A DNA stretch of 64,000 bases from an uncultured Gemmatimonadales bacterium (GTDB lineage Bacteria > Gemmatimonadota > Gemmatimonadetes > Longimicrobiales > RSA9). Positions 29,940 through 40,075 of the stretch are shown in pieces. The stretch lies in the NCBI GenBank assembly GCA_963783305.1, contig CAWAMW010000017.1:352001-416000 (forward strand), in the 5' to 3' direction. The notes beneath the pieces are model-generated. The model did not search any database and was not told the DNA's origin. It was given only the letters and a program-made list of their open reading frames with translations. The position numbers were made by a program, and so were the translations under genes. The stretch's first letter is position 1. Each line of letters starts with the position of its first letter.

Positions 29940-31802
29940 ATGAGCAGCAGCGAAGCGCAGTGGACGGCTCTCCTCGCGTACATCAACGAGCAGCGGGGGG
30001 TCGACCTCAGGGACTACAAGAGCACCACGCTCGGCCGGCGGTTCGAGAAGCGGCTGCAGGCGACCGGATGCGAGGACCACGGCCAGTACCTGGATCGGCT
30101 GCAGGCGTCGCCGGACGAGTTCGACGCGCTGCTCGATTCGCTCTTCATCAACGTGACCTCGTTCTTCCGCGATCCGGAAGCGTGGGAGGCGCTGCGCGCG
30201 AACCTGTCGGAGCTCCTGGACCCATCGTCGGATCGCCCGCTCCGTGTCTGGTGCGCGGGGATCGCCAGCGGCGAGGAGGCGTACACGGTGGCCATGGTGC
30301 TGGCGGACATGCTGGGGATGAAGGCGCTGCGGGAGCGGGTGAAGATCTACGCCACGGACGTGGATGAGGGCGCGCTGGTGCAGGCGCGGCAGGGGTCGTA
30401 CACCGCGGCGCAGGTGGAGGAGGTGCCGGAAGCGCTGCGGGAGCGCTACATGGAGCCCGACGGGGAGCGGTTCACGTTCGTGCCCGAGCTGCGCCGCACG
30501 GTGATCTTCGGCCGGCACGACCTGCTGAAGGACGCCCCCATCTCGAAGCTCGACCTGCTGGTGTGCCGGAACACGCTCATGTACTTCAACCGATCCGCGC
30601 AGGACCGGATCCTGGCGCGCTTCCACTTCGCGCTGGGGCCGGGCGCGCTGCTGCTGCTGGGCACGGCCGAGATGATGCTGAGCCGGCGGCACCTGTTCCA
30701 GCCGGTGGAGAACGGCGTGCGGCTGTTCCGGAAGACGGACGAGCTGTCGCTGCGCGACCGGCTCAGCCTCATGAAGGACGGGGACCCGGACGGGGTGCAG
30801 GAGGCGGACGTGGCGGAGCAGGTCGAGCTGCGGGACCTGGCGTATCAGGCGTCGCCGATCCCGCAGATCCTGGTGGACCGGGCGGGTACGCTCGCGCTCG
30901 CGAACGAGGCGGCGCGGGAGCAGCTGGGGATCTCGACCGCGGACATCGGCCGCCCGTTCCAGGACGTGGAGATCTCCTACCGTCCCGTGGAGCTCCGGTC
31001 GCACATCGAGCGGGTGTTCGGGGAGGGAGACGCGGTGCGGCTGGAGGGAGTGGCGAGGCTCTTCCCGGATGGCCGCTCATCGTTCCTGAACATCGAGGTG
31101 CAGCCGCTCCGGGACACGCAGGAGGGTAAGACGGCGATCGCCGCGAGCATCTGCTTCACCGACGTGACGCGGGTGCACGAGCTGAACGCGCAGCTGGAGC
31201 AGTCGCGCGACGAGCTGGAGACCGCGTACGAGGAGCTCCAGAGCACGAACGAGGAGCTGGAGACCACGAACGAGGAGCTGCAGAGCACGATCGAGGAGCT
31301 GGAGACGACGAACGAGGAGCTCCAGAGCACGAACGAGGAGCTGGAGACCATGAACGAGGAGCTCCAGTCCACGAACGAGGAGATGAGCGCGATCAACGAG
31401 GAGCTCCAGGAGCGGAACGAGGTCAACAACCGGCTGAACGCCTACATGCGGTCGGTGCTGAACAGCGTGGGCGCCGCCATCGTGGTCCTGGACGAGGCGT
31501 CGCGCGTCCAGATGTGGAACAGTCAGGCGGAGGAGCTCTGGGGTCTCCGGGTGGACGAGGTGCAGGACGCGCCGTTCCTGCGGCTGGACATCGGGCTCCC
31601 GGTTGAGCAGCTGGCGGAGCAGGTACGGGCGACGCTGCGTGGGACCGGCGACGGCCGCGAGCGCGTGCTGGACGCCCACGACCGCCGCGGCCGGAGCATC
31701 CGGTGCCGCGTCTCCACGTCGCCGCTGAGCGGGCCGGACGACTCCGTCAGCGGCACGATCCTGCTGATGGAGCCGCTCCTGTCCGACGGTGACGGGGCAT
31801 GA
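29940..31802 (+). CDS. cheR: CheR-type methyltransferase with PAS domains and EELQSTNEELET coiled coil
   Basis: INVTSFFRD, WCAGIASGEEAY, YATDVD, LLVCRNTLMYF; tandem heptad repeats at ~31210-31410. Confidence 0.92.
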   Translation: MSSSEAQWTALLAYINEQRGVDLRDYKSTTLGRRFEKRLQATGCEDHGQYLDRLQASPDEFDALLDSLFINVTSFFRDPEAWEALRANLSELLDPSSDRPLRVWCAGIASGEEAYTVAMVLADMLGMKALRERVKIYATDVDEGALVQARQGSYTAAQVEEVPEALRERYMEPDGERFTFVPELRRTVIFGRHDLLKDAPISKLDLLVCRNTLMYFNRSAQDRILARFHFALGPGALLLLGTAEMMLSRRHLFQPVENGVRLFRKTDELSLRDRLSLMKDGDPDGVQEADVAEQVELRDLAYQASPIPQILVDRAGTLALANEAAREQLGISTADIGRPFQDVEISYRPVELRSHIERVFGEGDAVRLEGVARLFPDGRSSFLNIEVQPLRDTQEGKTAIAASICFTDVTRVHELNAQLEQSRDELETAYEELQSTNEELETTNEELQSTIEELETTNEELQSTNEELETMNEELQSTNEEMSAINEELQERNEVNNRLNAYMRSVLNSVGAAIVVLDEASRVQMWNSQAEELWGLRVDEVQDAPFLRLDIGLPVEQLAEQVRATLRGTGDGRERVLDAHDRRGRSIRCRVSTSPLSGPDDSVSGTILLMEPLLSDGDGA

Positions 31803-33706
31803 GCGGCAGCGGGCACCCAGGTCCTCGCGGCGGGGGCGCTGCCCACAACCGGTATGCCGAGGCGCTCCAGGAGTGGCTGGAGCGAGCCCGCAGGGAAAGC
31901 GGCGGGCCCGAGGACAGCGCGCTCGCGGAGGAGGTGGAGACGTACCTGGAGGCGCTCCAGGTGGCCGAGGAGGAGCTGCGGGTCCAGACGGACGAGCTCA
32001 CGTCCGCGCTCGATCAGGCGGACCGGCAGCGCCGGCGATACATCGACCTGTTCGAGAACGCGCCGCTCCCGTACGTCACGACCGATGATACCGGCGTCAT
32101 CCGTGAAGTGAACGGCGCGGCGGCCGCGCTGATCGGGATCGGTGCCGCGCGGCTGGTGGGCAAGCCGCTCCCGGTCTACCTGATGGGGGAGGGCGAGCTG
32201 CGGAGCCGGATCAACCGACTGGCCTCGGGGGGAGTGGTGCGGCCGTGGGAGAGCGAGGTCCGTCGGCGCGAGGGTGATCCGATCCCCGTGGACATCTCCG
32301 CGTCCATGGTGCCGGGCGTGGCGGGCGTGGCGGGGGAAGCGGTGGAGCTCCGGTGGGTTCTCCAGGATGCGCGCCCGCGGCGGGAGGCGCGCGAGCGGGA
32401 GCAGGAGCTCCACCGGGAGCAGGCGGCGCGGTTCGCGCTGGCGCAGGTGGCGGCGCGGTCGCGCTACCTCAGCGACGCGAGCGCGCGGCTCATGGGCGTG
32501 CTGGAGCCCGACGAGGTCTGGCGGCTGGCCGCGCGGATCGCGGGGGAGCACACGCGGGCGGCCATGATCGTGGAGCCGCGGGGTTCGGAATCCGGGTGCG
32601 TGCGGGGCATTGGCGGATCGGGTGAGGCGCTGCGTGACCTGGAGCCGCTCCAGGACCGGGTGCTCGAGTGGGGCGCGGGCATGGTGGAGGGCGTGCCGCT
32701 GGGGCCGATCCAGCGCGCGCTGGAGGGGGGCGACGCGGAGGTGGTCCCCGCCCCGGACGACCCGCCGGACGACGCGGGTGCGTGCCTGGTCGCGCCCGTG
32801 CGCTCGCCCGAGCGGGTGCTGGGAGCGCTGGTGGTATGGCTGACGCCGGGCGCGCGGATCGGTGAGGAGCTGCTGGTCGCACAGCAGCTTGCGGACCGGA
32901 TCGGGCTGATCCTGGAAGCGGCCTTCATGTTCCAGGAGGTGGTCCGGTCGCGCGGCGCGGCGGAGTCGGCGGCGCGGGCTGAAGCGGACTTTCTCTCCAT
33001 CGTCTCGCACGAGCTGCGGACCCCGCTCACGGCCATCGTCAGCTACGCCGAGCTGCTGGAGGACCGCGCGTCGGAGCTGCCGGAGAAGCTGGCGCGGTAC
33101 GCGCACCAGATTGCCGCGGCGGCCGATCACCAGAGGCAGCTTGTCGAGCAGATTCTGGCCTATAAGCGGGTCGAGCGGGAGGGCGACAGCCTGGTAGCGG
33201 AAGAACTGGATTTCCGGAAGGCTGGGCGTTCGGCCGTGGCCATGGTCCGGCCGCAGATTGGAGACCGCCCGGTGCAACTCGACCACACCCTCCCCACGGT
33301 AGTCGTGCAGGGGATCTCCGACCGCGGCAAGCTCCAGCAAGTCCTGACGAATCTGCTCTCCAACGCCATTCGTCACACGAAGAAAGGCCACGTTCGGCTC
33401 ACCCTGGAGACGGAGCATCAGTGGGTGGTGTTCCGGGTAACGGACACGGGCGAGGGCATCAGCGAGGAGGATCTGCCCAGGATCTTCGATCGGTTCTGGC
33501 GCGGGCAGGGAAGCGACGGCATGCGGGGTGGGAGCGGGCTCGGCCTGACCATCACCCGCGAACTGGTGGAACGGCTGCACGGCGAGATCGAGGCGAAGAG
33601 CGAGCGGGGCGTCGGCACGACGTTCACCGTGCGCGTGCCGCGTGTGCTCCCGAACCGGGGCACCGGGCGCAGCCACCCTGTCGTAGGAGAATCCGAGGGT
33701 CCCTGA
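31799..33706 (+). CDS. PAS/GAF sensor histidine kinase
   Basis: SHELRTPL H-box, NLLSNA, DTGEGI, IFDRF, GSGLGL. Confidence 0.93.
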   Translation: MSGSGHPGPRGGGAAHNRYAEALQEWLERARRESGGPEDSALAEEVETYLEALQVAEEELRVQTDELTSALDQADRQRRRYIDLFENAPLPYVTTDDTGVIREVNGAAAALIGIGAARLVGKPLPVYLMGEGELRSRINRLASGGVVRPWESEVRRREGDPIPVDISASMVPGVAGVAGEAVELRWVLQDARPRREAREREQELHREQAARFALAQVAARSRYLSDASARLMGVLEPDEVWRLAARIAGEHTRAAMIVEPRGSESGCVRGIGGSGEALRDLEPLQDRVLEWGAGMVEGVPLGPIQRALEGGDAEVVPAPDDPPDDAGACLVAPVRSPERVLGALVVWLTPGARIGEELLVAQQLADRIGLILEAAFMFQEVVRSRGAAESAARAEADFLSIVSHELRTPLTAIVSYAELLEDRASELPEKLARYAHQIAAAADHQRQLVEQILAYKRVEREGDSLVAEELDFRKAGRSAVAMVRPQIGDRPVQLDHTLPTVVVQGISDRGKLQQVLTNLLSNAIRHTKKGHVRLTLETEHQWVVFRVTDTGEGISEEDLPRIFDRFWRGQGSDGMRGGSGLGLTITRELVERLHGEIEAKSERGVGTTFTVRVPRVLPNRGTGRSHPVVGESEGP

Positions 33707-33782
33707 CAGGAGGCGGGGCCCCGGCTCCGACTCGCACGGAAGTTGCACCGCCTTACGGACTCGTCCAATCCCCGGGGAATAC

Positions 33783-34316
33783 GTGAACGCGAACCGATCA
33801 ACCGTCCGTAGTCAGGCTCTGGAAGAGCGCCTCGGCCGGACGTGCGACCGCTCACGTCAGATCCTCGCCGAGACTGCGGGGATCCGGGCGCGATCGAGGG
33901 CACTCCGGGCCGAGTCGGCCCGTGCGCGGACACGATCGTCGGCGCGACGACTGGAAACGCATGGGCGTATGGCGGCCGCACGGCGGCTGTACCACCGGCT
34001 GCTCGAGCTCCGACGATCTGCGCTGGAGACGCGGGCGAAGCTCAGGGAGCCGCTGTGGCGACTGGTTCCCCCGCTGCCCCGACTGAAGGTCGTGCGCCCC
34101 CGCACAGACGTCGTGGCCATGAGCACCGCGCGCTCGAACGCCGGCGTGGCGCTTCGAGAATGGCTGGCTACGAATACGAGCGCGCCCGGCGCGCCATCTG
34201 TAGATCTCGCCGTTGTCCGGCCGATGCCCCGATCGGCCGCCCCTCCTCCACCGGCCGACCTCCGGCCCCATGCAATCCAGACAGAAGCCGTATCCCCGGG
34301 AAGGGTAGCCGCGTGA
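33783..34316 (+). CDS. Hypothetical protein
   Basis: ORF between kinase and receiver; its stop overlaps the next start (GTGA); no recognisable motif. Confidence 0.45.
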   Translation: MNANRSTVRSQALEERLGRTCDRSRQILAETAGIRARSRALRAESARARTRSSARRLETHGRMAAARRLYHRLLELRRSALETRAKLREPLWRLVPPLPRLKVVRPRTDVVAMSTARSNAGVALREWLATNTSAPGAPSVDLAVVRPMPRSAAPPPPADLRPHAIQTEAVSPGRVAA

Positions 34317-34675
34317 GCGCCCCGATCCTCGTCGTCGTGGCGGAAGACCACCCGGACCTGCGGGAGGTCCTGGGACTGATCCTTCGACACCACGGGTTCG
34401 ACGTGGCCCTGGCGGGGGATGGGGAGGAGGCTGTGGCGCTGGTCTCAGCGCGCACCCCGGACCTGGTGCTCATGGACCTCATGATGCCCCGCATGAATGG
34501 CTACCAGGCGATCGCCGCCATGAATGGCGCCGGCCCCCTCCCCTTCCCGGTCGTGGCGGTGACCGCGAGCCCGGCGAGCCGCCAGGAGGTCACCAGTCAC
34601 GGCTTCGTCGAGCTGCTCCGCAAGCCGGTGAAGGCCGAGGATGTCGTGGCGCTGGTGCGACGACTCACCGCCTGA
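34313..34675 (+). CDS. Single-domain response regulator receiver
   Basis: VAEDH, DLVLMDLMMPRMNG, VTA, RKP. Confidence 0.9.
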   Translation: MSAPILVVVAEDHPDLREVLGLILRHHGFDVALAGDGEEAVALVSARTPDLVLMDLMMPRMNGYQAIAAMNGAGPLPFPVVAVTASPASRQEVTSHGFVELLRKPVKAEDVVALVRRLTA

Positions 34676-35031
34676 GGTGCGGCTGCGTCGACCTGCCCGG
34701 CGCTACCCACACCGCCGCTGACGTACGGGGGGATGGGCGCTTCCCCTACCACACCCCCGGCCGCCCCTGTGGGGGGTTCCACTACACGGAGCTACCGGTG
34801 AACTGCCGACCGGATTTTAGGCCATTCCCCCACTGACCGCGCAACCCCCGAAGCGTACCGTACTTGAGGACCCGATCCAGCCCGCGGACACCCCCGTTCT
34901 CGAGCTGGCCTTTTCCCGGGTCGCATCAAGTTGAAGTCATAGATCGACATCAGAGTCTCGTGCGGCTCACCCCCCTCCAGGGGCGCAGTCCGGCCTCACA
35001 TCCCGACCCACACTCCGCGAGGAGAAACAAC

Positions 35032-36171
35032 ATGAATCGGATCCAGCGTGTGCTGATGGCGGCCACGTTCTTGTTCCTGTCCGTCAGTTTCGTTACCACG
35101 GCGTCCGCGCAGGTCGTCTTCTCGGGCGATGCCCGGTTCCGCCCGCGCCTCGACCTGGACGAGCGGCCAGAGAGCAACTACGACCGCACTGATTTCTACT
35201 TCATGTACCGGATGCGGCTGAACATGACGGCGGCGATCGGAGAAGGGTATTACGTGAAGAGCCGTCTGTCCCACAACGGCATCGGGTTCTACCAGAAGGG
35301 CGGCCAGGGCGAGGTTCCCGACATTTTCGGGAACCCGAACAACTCGGTCTCCGATGAATCCGCGCGCCGTCCCAGCCTGGACATGATGTACATGTACATC
35401 GGCCGGGCCACGGATGACTTCGGCTTCGACCTCGGGCTCATCCCGGTCCCCGGCTTCAGTGAGCCGCTGTGGGACCTGCACTACTATCCGAACCTGATGG
35501 TGGACGTCCCCTACTTCATCTGGAACAACGATGGCGGGTTCGGCGGTCGTACGTACTACGACGTGGGGCCGGGCCGGCTCACGGTGCATGCACTGCTCGA
35601 TCACGACCGCGTGGACCAGCAGGAGACGACCGACGGTGTAACGACGGTGGACTCTGGCGACCAGTACACGCTTACGGCGGCCTACTCCATCCCCATGGCG
35701 GGTCTGACGGTCCAGCCCATGATCCTGAAGACGTTCCCGTCCGATGAGCGGACGTTCGCGGAGGGTGTGGAGGACCTGACGGAGTACAGTGCGCCGCTGA
35801 CGGTGGGCGCCAACGTGGTGCTCCCGAAGGTGGCGGGTTTCACGCCATCGGGGACGGTGGGCTACACCATGAATGACCGCCTGGTGGACTACACCGGCTG
35901 GCTCGCCCGCGCCAAGGTGGCTGGCCCGCTGGGTCCCGGTTCCCTGCTCTGGTGGGTGGACGTGGCCAGCCGGACGGACGAGCTGGTCGGCGGCGACCGC
36001 ACGGACGACTTCCTGTACTCATGGCTCGCGTACACCATACCAATCTACACGGGCGAGCGTGGCAGCTTCGCGATGACCCCGGAATGGCGGTTCTTCAACA
36101 AGGACCGGGACGACGACCTGGCCCGCCGCCGCTCCAAGTTCGAGATCAACTTCGACGTCTCGTTCAAGTAA
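35032..36171 (+). CDS. Outer-membrane porin-like protein
   Basis: Signal peptide (ASA/Q), FSGDARFR...RMRLNM N-terminal strands, C-terminal INFDVSFK. Confidence 0.7.
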   Translation: MNRIQRVLMAATFLFLSVSFVTTASAQVVFSGDARFRPRLDLDERPESNYDRTDFYFMYRMRLNMTAAIGEGYYVKSRLSHNGIGFYQKGGQGEVPDIFGNPNNSVSDESARRPSLDMMYMYIGRATDDFGFDLGLIPVPGFSEPLWDLHYYPNLMVDVPYFIWNNDGGFGGRTYYDVGPGRLTVHALLDHDRVDQQETTDGVTTVDSGDQYTLTAAYSIPMAGLTVQPMILKTFPSDERTFAEGVEDLTEYSAPLTVGANVVLPKVAGFTPSGTVGYTMNDRLVDYTGWLARAKVAGPLGPGSLLWWVDVASRTDELVGGDRTDDFLYSWLAYTIPIYTGERGSFAMTPEWRFFNKDRDDDLARRRSKFEINFDVSFK

Positions 36172-36194
36172 TCCCCACGTATCAGGAGAAGACC

Positions 36195-37223
36195 ATGCGA
36201 AAGCGTACGAACAGGCTGGGAATCGGGCTGGCGCTGGTGGCGCTGCTCGGAGTGACGGCGTGCGGCGACTCGGCTGGTGCAGAGGAGGGCGGTGACGCCG
36301 CGCCGCGGGCGCGGTACACGTTTGCGGGCGGGCCGTCGGGCGGCACCTTCCAGTATTACGCGAGCGGCATGTCCACGCTGGCGGGCCGTTCGGACCTGGT
36401 GAAGGCGCGCCTGCTGGCGCGGGCCACGGGCGGGTCGGTGGAGAACCTGCGGCTGGTAAACTCGGGAGAGGCGGACTTCGGCGTCGTATACTCGGGGAAC
36501 GTCTGGCAGGGTCGGCACGGCCGTCTCGAAGCCGACGACAAGAAGTACGAGGACGTGATGGCGGTGGCCTTCCTGTACGGCGCGCCCGCACAGCTGGTGG
36601 TGCGTCAGAACTCGGGCATCAACTCGGCCACGGATCTGCGCGGCAAGCGGGTCGCGGTGGGCAACGCCGGGAGCGGCGCGGCCTACAACGCCGAGCTGTT
36701 TTTCAAGCAGATCGGGATCTGGGACGACATCAAAAAGGAGTACCTCGGGTACCGGAACGCCGCGCAGGCGCTCCAGAACAACCAGCTGGACGCGTTCTGG
36801 GTTTTCGCGGGCTTCCCCAGCGCGGCGGTGATGGAGGTCGCGCTGCAGGAGGACATCAAGCTGCTGGACACCTACGCCGCGGGTGAGGAGGCGGGGCTGT
36901 TCGAGGACTACCCGTACTTCAGCCGGATCGTGATCCCCGCGGGCACCTACGAGGGTCAGACGGAGGACGTGCAGACGTTCCAGGATGCGACGGTCTGGGT
37001 GGCCAACGCGGATGTGCCGGAGCAGACGGTGCACAACCTCCTGACCGAGGTCTTCAGTGATGCGGGCCTGTCGTACATGGTGAGCACGCACATCTCGGCG
37101 GAAGAGATGAGCGTTCCGGGCGGGACCAAGGGCATCGTCACGCCCTTCCATCCGGGTGCGATCCGCTTCTGGAACGAGCACAACGTGGAGATGCAGCCGG
37201 AGCGGCTTCCGGCGGCGAACTAG
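36195..37223 (+). CDS. TAXI-family TRAP transporter solute-binding lipoprotein
   Basis: GGPSGGTF, TGGSVENL, DLRGKRVAVGNAGSG, PFHPGA; lipobox VTAC. Confidence 0.93.
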   Translation: MRKRTNRLGIGLALVALLGVTACGDSAGAEEGGDAAPRARYTFAGGPSGGTFQYYASGMSTLAGRSDLVKARLLARATGGSVENLRLVNSGEADFGVVYSGNVWQGRHGRLEADDKKYEDVMAVAFLYGAPAQLVVRQNSGINSATDLRGKRVAVGNAGSGAAYNAELFFKQIGIWDDIKKEYLGYRNAAQALQNNQLDAFWVFAGFPSAAVMEVALQEDIKLLDTYAAGEEAGLFEDYPYFSRIVIPAGTYEGQTEDVQTFQDATVWVANADVPEQTVHNLLTEVFSDAGLSYMVSTHISAEEMSVPGGTKGIVTPFHPGAIRFWNEHNVEMQPERLPAAN

Positions 37224-37419
37224 CAGGCTGCCGAACGGTCCCGGGGGGCGGGGCGGGGGTCGATCCCTGCGGTCGCTCCGCTCCCTCCGGGACCCGCTGG
37301 CGCGCGGGTCGACCGGCGAAAACGTTCGATAGGGAGCGCGGCGACATTCGCGCTCCTGCCAGCGATGGGCCAGTACCCAGGATAGCGTGTAGTCGAGCAC
37401 CCGTACCTTCGGAGCCCCG

Positions 37420-39174
37420 ATGCCCGGTTTTGACGAGCTTCACCCGGTGGAGCGTCGAATCTTCGACGCCCTCGCCCTGCTTCTGCTGCTGTTCTATTCG
37501 TACTCGGCGTTGGTCCAGCCGGTGTCGACCGAGATGCACCGGGGCATGTACGTACTGATCACCTACCTGCTGATCCTGCTGGTCTACCAGTCGGGAACCG
37601 GGTGGAAGCGGGTGATCGACTACATCCTCATGGCGATCGCCATCGTCACCGTGGGCTACTGGATCCGGAACTTCGGCCCGCTGAACTACCGGGCGGGGGC
37701 GGAAACCCGGACGGACCAGATGATCGCGGTGGTGGGAACGCTGCTGGGGATCGAGATCGCCCGGCGCGTGATCGGCTGGGTCTTCGTGGGACTGGGCGGC
37801 GCGCTGCTGCTGTACGGCATATACGGCTACGCCGCCCCGGACCTGATCGCGCACCCCGGCACGTCGCTCATGAACCTGAGCACGATCATCTTCTTCAAAG
37901 CGGATGGCGTGTTCGGGATCATGGCGGACGTGCTGGCCACGTACGTGCTCCTCTTCGTGCTGTTCGGGTCGTTCCTGGCCGCGTCCGGTGCGGAGCGCTT
38001 CTTCATCGACTGGCCGCTGGCCGCGGTGGGTCACAAGACGGGCGGCCCCGGCAAGGTGGCGGTGATCGCCAGCGGGCTCTTCGGCTCGATCTCCGGCAGC
38101 GCCATCGCCAACACCGTATCGACCGGCACGTTCACGATCCCGCTGATGAAGAAGGCGGGGTTCAAGCCGCACATTGCCGGCGCAATCGAGCCGGCGGCGT
38201 CGGTGGGCGGGATGTTCATGCCTCCCGTGATGGGTGCCGGTGGCTTCATCATGGCGGAGCTCACGGGGATCCCGTACTCCCATATCATGCTCGTCGCGCT
38301 GTTCCCGGCGGTCATGTACTTCTTCAGCGTGTACGTGATGGTCCACTTCCGGGCGAAGAAGTACGGTGTCATTGGCGAGCGCTCGGCGGTCCGGGCACGG
38401 GAGGTGTTCCGGGCCAACTGGTACTACAGCATGCCGATCGTGCTGATCACGGCGGTCATGCTGAAGGGGTACTCGCCCGGGTTCTCGGCGGTGGTGGGGA
38501 TCCTGACGTGCATCGTCATCAGCTGGTTCAAGCGGGAGACGCGGATGGGGCCGAGGGAGGTCCTGGAGGGGGCGCGCGCGGGCGCGGCGGCGAGTCTCAA
38601 GATCGGCGCGACCGTGGGTATCATCGGCGTGATCATCGCGGTACTCACGTTCAGCGGTCTGACGCTCAGCTTCGCCGACATCGTGATCGAGCTGGCGGGC
38701 GGGAGCCTGCTACTCACGATCATACTGATCGCGCTGGCCTCGCTGATCCTGGGCATGGGCGTGCCTGTGACGGCGGCGTACCTGATCACCGCGGTGGTGG
38801 CGGTGCCGGCGCTCACGGCGCTGGGCCTGTCGCCGATCGCGGCGCACATGATCGTGTACTGGCTGTCGCAGGACTCGAACATCACGCCGCCGGTCTGCAT
38901 CGCGGCGTTCGCGGGCGCGGCCATCGCCAAAGCCGACATGTGGAAGACGGCGTTCCACTCCTTCCACTTCGCCAAGTTCCTCTACGCGGGACCGCTGCTG
39001 TTCGCGTACGTGCCGGCGTTCACGCTCGAGGGCCAGGTGTGGGAGATCGTGGCGTGGTTCGCAACCATCGTGCTGGGGACGTGGGCGTTCTCCTACGTCC
39101 TCTCGTTCTACTGGACGGCGGCGTTCGGTCGGATGGTCAGGCGGCTGCGCGGGATCGAGGAGGCGGCGGTGTAG
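37420..39174 (+). CDS. TRAP transporter fused (4TM/12TM) permease
   Basis: GGPGKVAVIASGLFGSISGSAIAN, FMPPVMGAGGF, LGMGVP, ITPPVC. Confidence 0.94.
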   Translation: MPGFDELHPVERRIFDALALLLLLFYSYSALVQPVSTEMHRGMYVLITYLLILLVYQSGTGWKRVIDYILMAIAIVTVGYWIRNFGPLNYRAGAETRTDQMIAVVGTLLGIEIARRVIGWVFVGLGGALLLYGIYGYAAPDLIAHPGTSLMNLSTIIFFKADGVFGIMADVLATYVLLFVLFGSFLAASGAERFFIDWPLAAVGHKTGGPGKVAVIASGLFGSISGSAIANTVSTGTFTIPLMKKAGFKPHIAGAIEPAASVGGMFMPPVMGAGGFIMAELTGIPYSHIMLVALFPAVMYFFSVYVMVHFRAKKYGVIGERSAVRAREVFRANWYYSMPIVLITAVMLKGYSPGFSAVVGILTCIVISWFKRETRMGPREVLEGARAGAAASLKIGATVGIIGVIIAVLTFSGLTLSFADIVIELAGGSLLLTIILIALASLILGMGVPVTAAYLITAVVAVPALTALGLSPIAAHMIVYWLSQDSNITPPVCIAAFAGAAIAKADMWKTAFHSFHFAKFLYAGPLLFAYVPAFTLEGQVWEIVAWFATIVLGTWAFSYVLSFYWTAAFGRMVRRLRGIEEAAV

Positions 39175-39191
39175 GGGGCGGCTGCGCCGCC

Positions 39192-39254
39192 GTTCACAGT
39201 TCACAGTTCACAGTTCACAGTTCACAGTTCACAGTTCACAGTTCACGGGTCACG
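39192..39254. repeat. Heptamer tandem repeat (GTTCACA)7 plus two degenerate units
   Basis: Directly visible in the sequence. Confidence 0.95.
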
Positions 39255-39268
39255 GGCATGGATGTGGG

Positions 39269-39301
39269 ACGGGGCTGACGCGGTGGTCGCGTCAGCCCCG
39301 T
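39269..39301. terminator. Perfect 14-bp stem hairpin between convergent genes
   Basis: ACGGGGCTGACGCG-gtggt-CGCGTCAGCCCCGT. Confidence 0.7.
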
Positions 39302-39323
39302 TCCGCATGGAGGGCGGGGGTCG

Positions 39324-39983
39324 TCAGTGGTCGGTGTGAGGATTTTCGGCGGTGCCGTGGTCCATCATCATGGGGCAGCCTTCGTGGCTCATCCCGCTCA
39401 TCCCGCTCATTGCATGGCCGTTCCCGCCCATGTCGTGGTCCATGGGTAGGGTCTGCAGCCGGCTCCGCTGGTCGGCGGTGAGGACGGACCGGGCGTCTAC
39501 GCCGGCGCGGGCGATGGCGACATGGGCCTGTACCATGTGGCGGGCGGCGTTGTCGAGCCGGGCCTCGTATTCGGCGAGGTCGGGGGATTCGGCGTCCAGG
39601 ATCTCCCGGGCGCTGGCGCGGGTCTCCATGGCGAGGCGCATGTGGGACATGCCGGCCTCGTGGGCGCTGGCCATCCGGTCCTTCAGCTCAGAGACCTGCT
39701 CCTCGGACAGGCCGAGGTCGTCGGCGTGGTGGAGCGCCATGACGGGGTTGGCCGCGCCCATCATGGCCGCGCAATGGGCCTGACCCATCGGGCCGTGCAT
39801 CTCTTGGCCCATCTGGCCCATCTGGCCGTGCATATCCTGGCCCTGCTGACCGTGCATTTCGTGGCCCTGCATCTGATGCTGCTCCTGCGGGTGCTCCTGC
39901 GGCTGCTCCTGTGCGGACGCGGGCGCGGCGGCGAGCGACGCGACAGCGAGGGCGAGAGCGAGCGGCTTCATCGGGTAGTTCAT
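39324..39983 (-). CDS. Spy/CpxP-like periplasmic Met/His-rich putative metal-binding protein
   Basis: Signal peptide, LGLSEEQ and VLTADQR motifs, MHGQ repeats. Confidence 0.75.
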   Translation of the reverse strand: MNYPMKPLALALAVASLAAAPASAQEQPQEHPQEQHQMQGHEMHGQQGQDMHGQMGQMGQEMHGPMGQAHCAAMMGAANPVMALHHADDLGLSEEQVSELKDRMASAHEAGMSHMRLAMETRASAREILDAESPDLAEYEARLDNAARHMVQAHVAIARAGVDARSVLTADQRSRLQTLPMDHDMGGNGHAMSGMSGMSHEGCPMMMDHGTAENPHTDH

Positions 39984-40075
39984 GGTATCCTCGATCGGTT
40001 GCTGGTGAATGCCCCTAGCTCGTCGGGGACGCACGATTGCGCCCGTCCGGGAATCTGGGGTGTGGTATTTCGGGC

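Noticed and set aside
31210..31410. 21-bp DNA tandem repeats
   Set aside because: Explained by the coding heptad repeats of the CheR coiled coil.
33732..33747. Sigma54-like TCGCACG-GAAG-TTGCA
   Set aside because: Lacks the invariant GG at -24.
34720..34790. G/C-run imperfect palindromes upstream of the porin gene
   Set aside because: Too degenerate to call a regulator site in GC-rich DNA.
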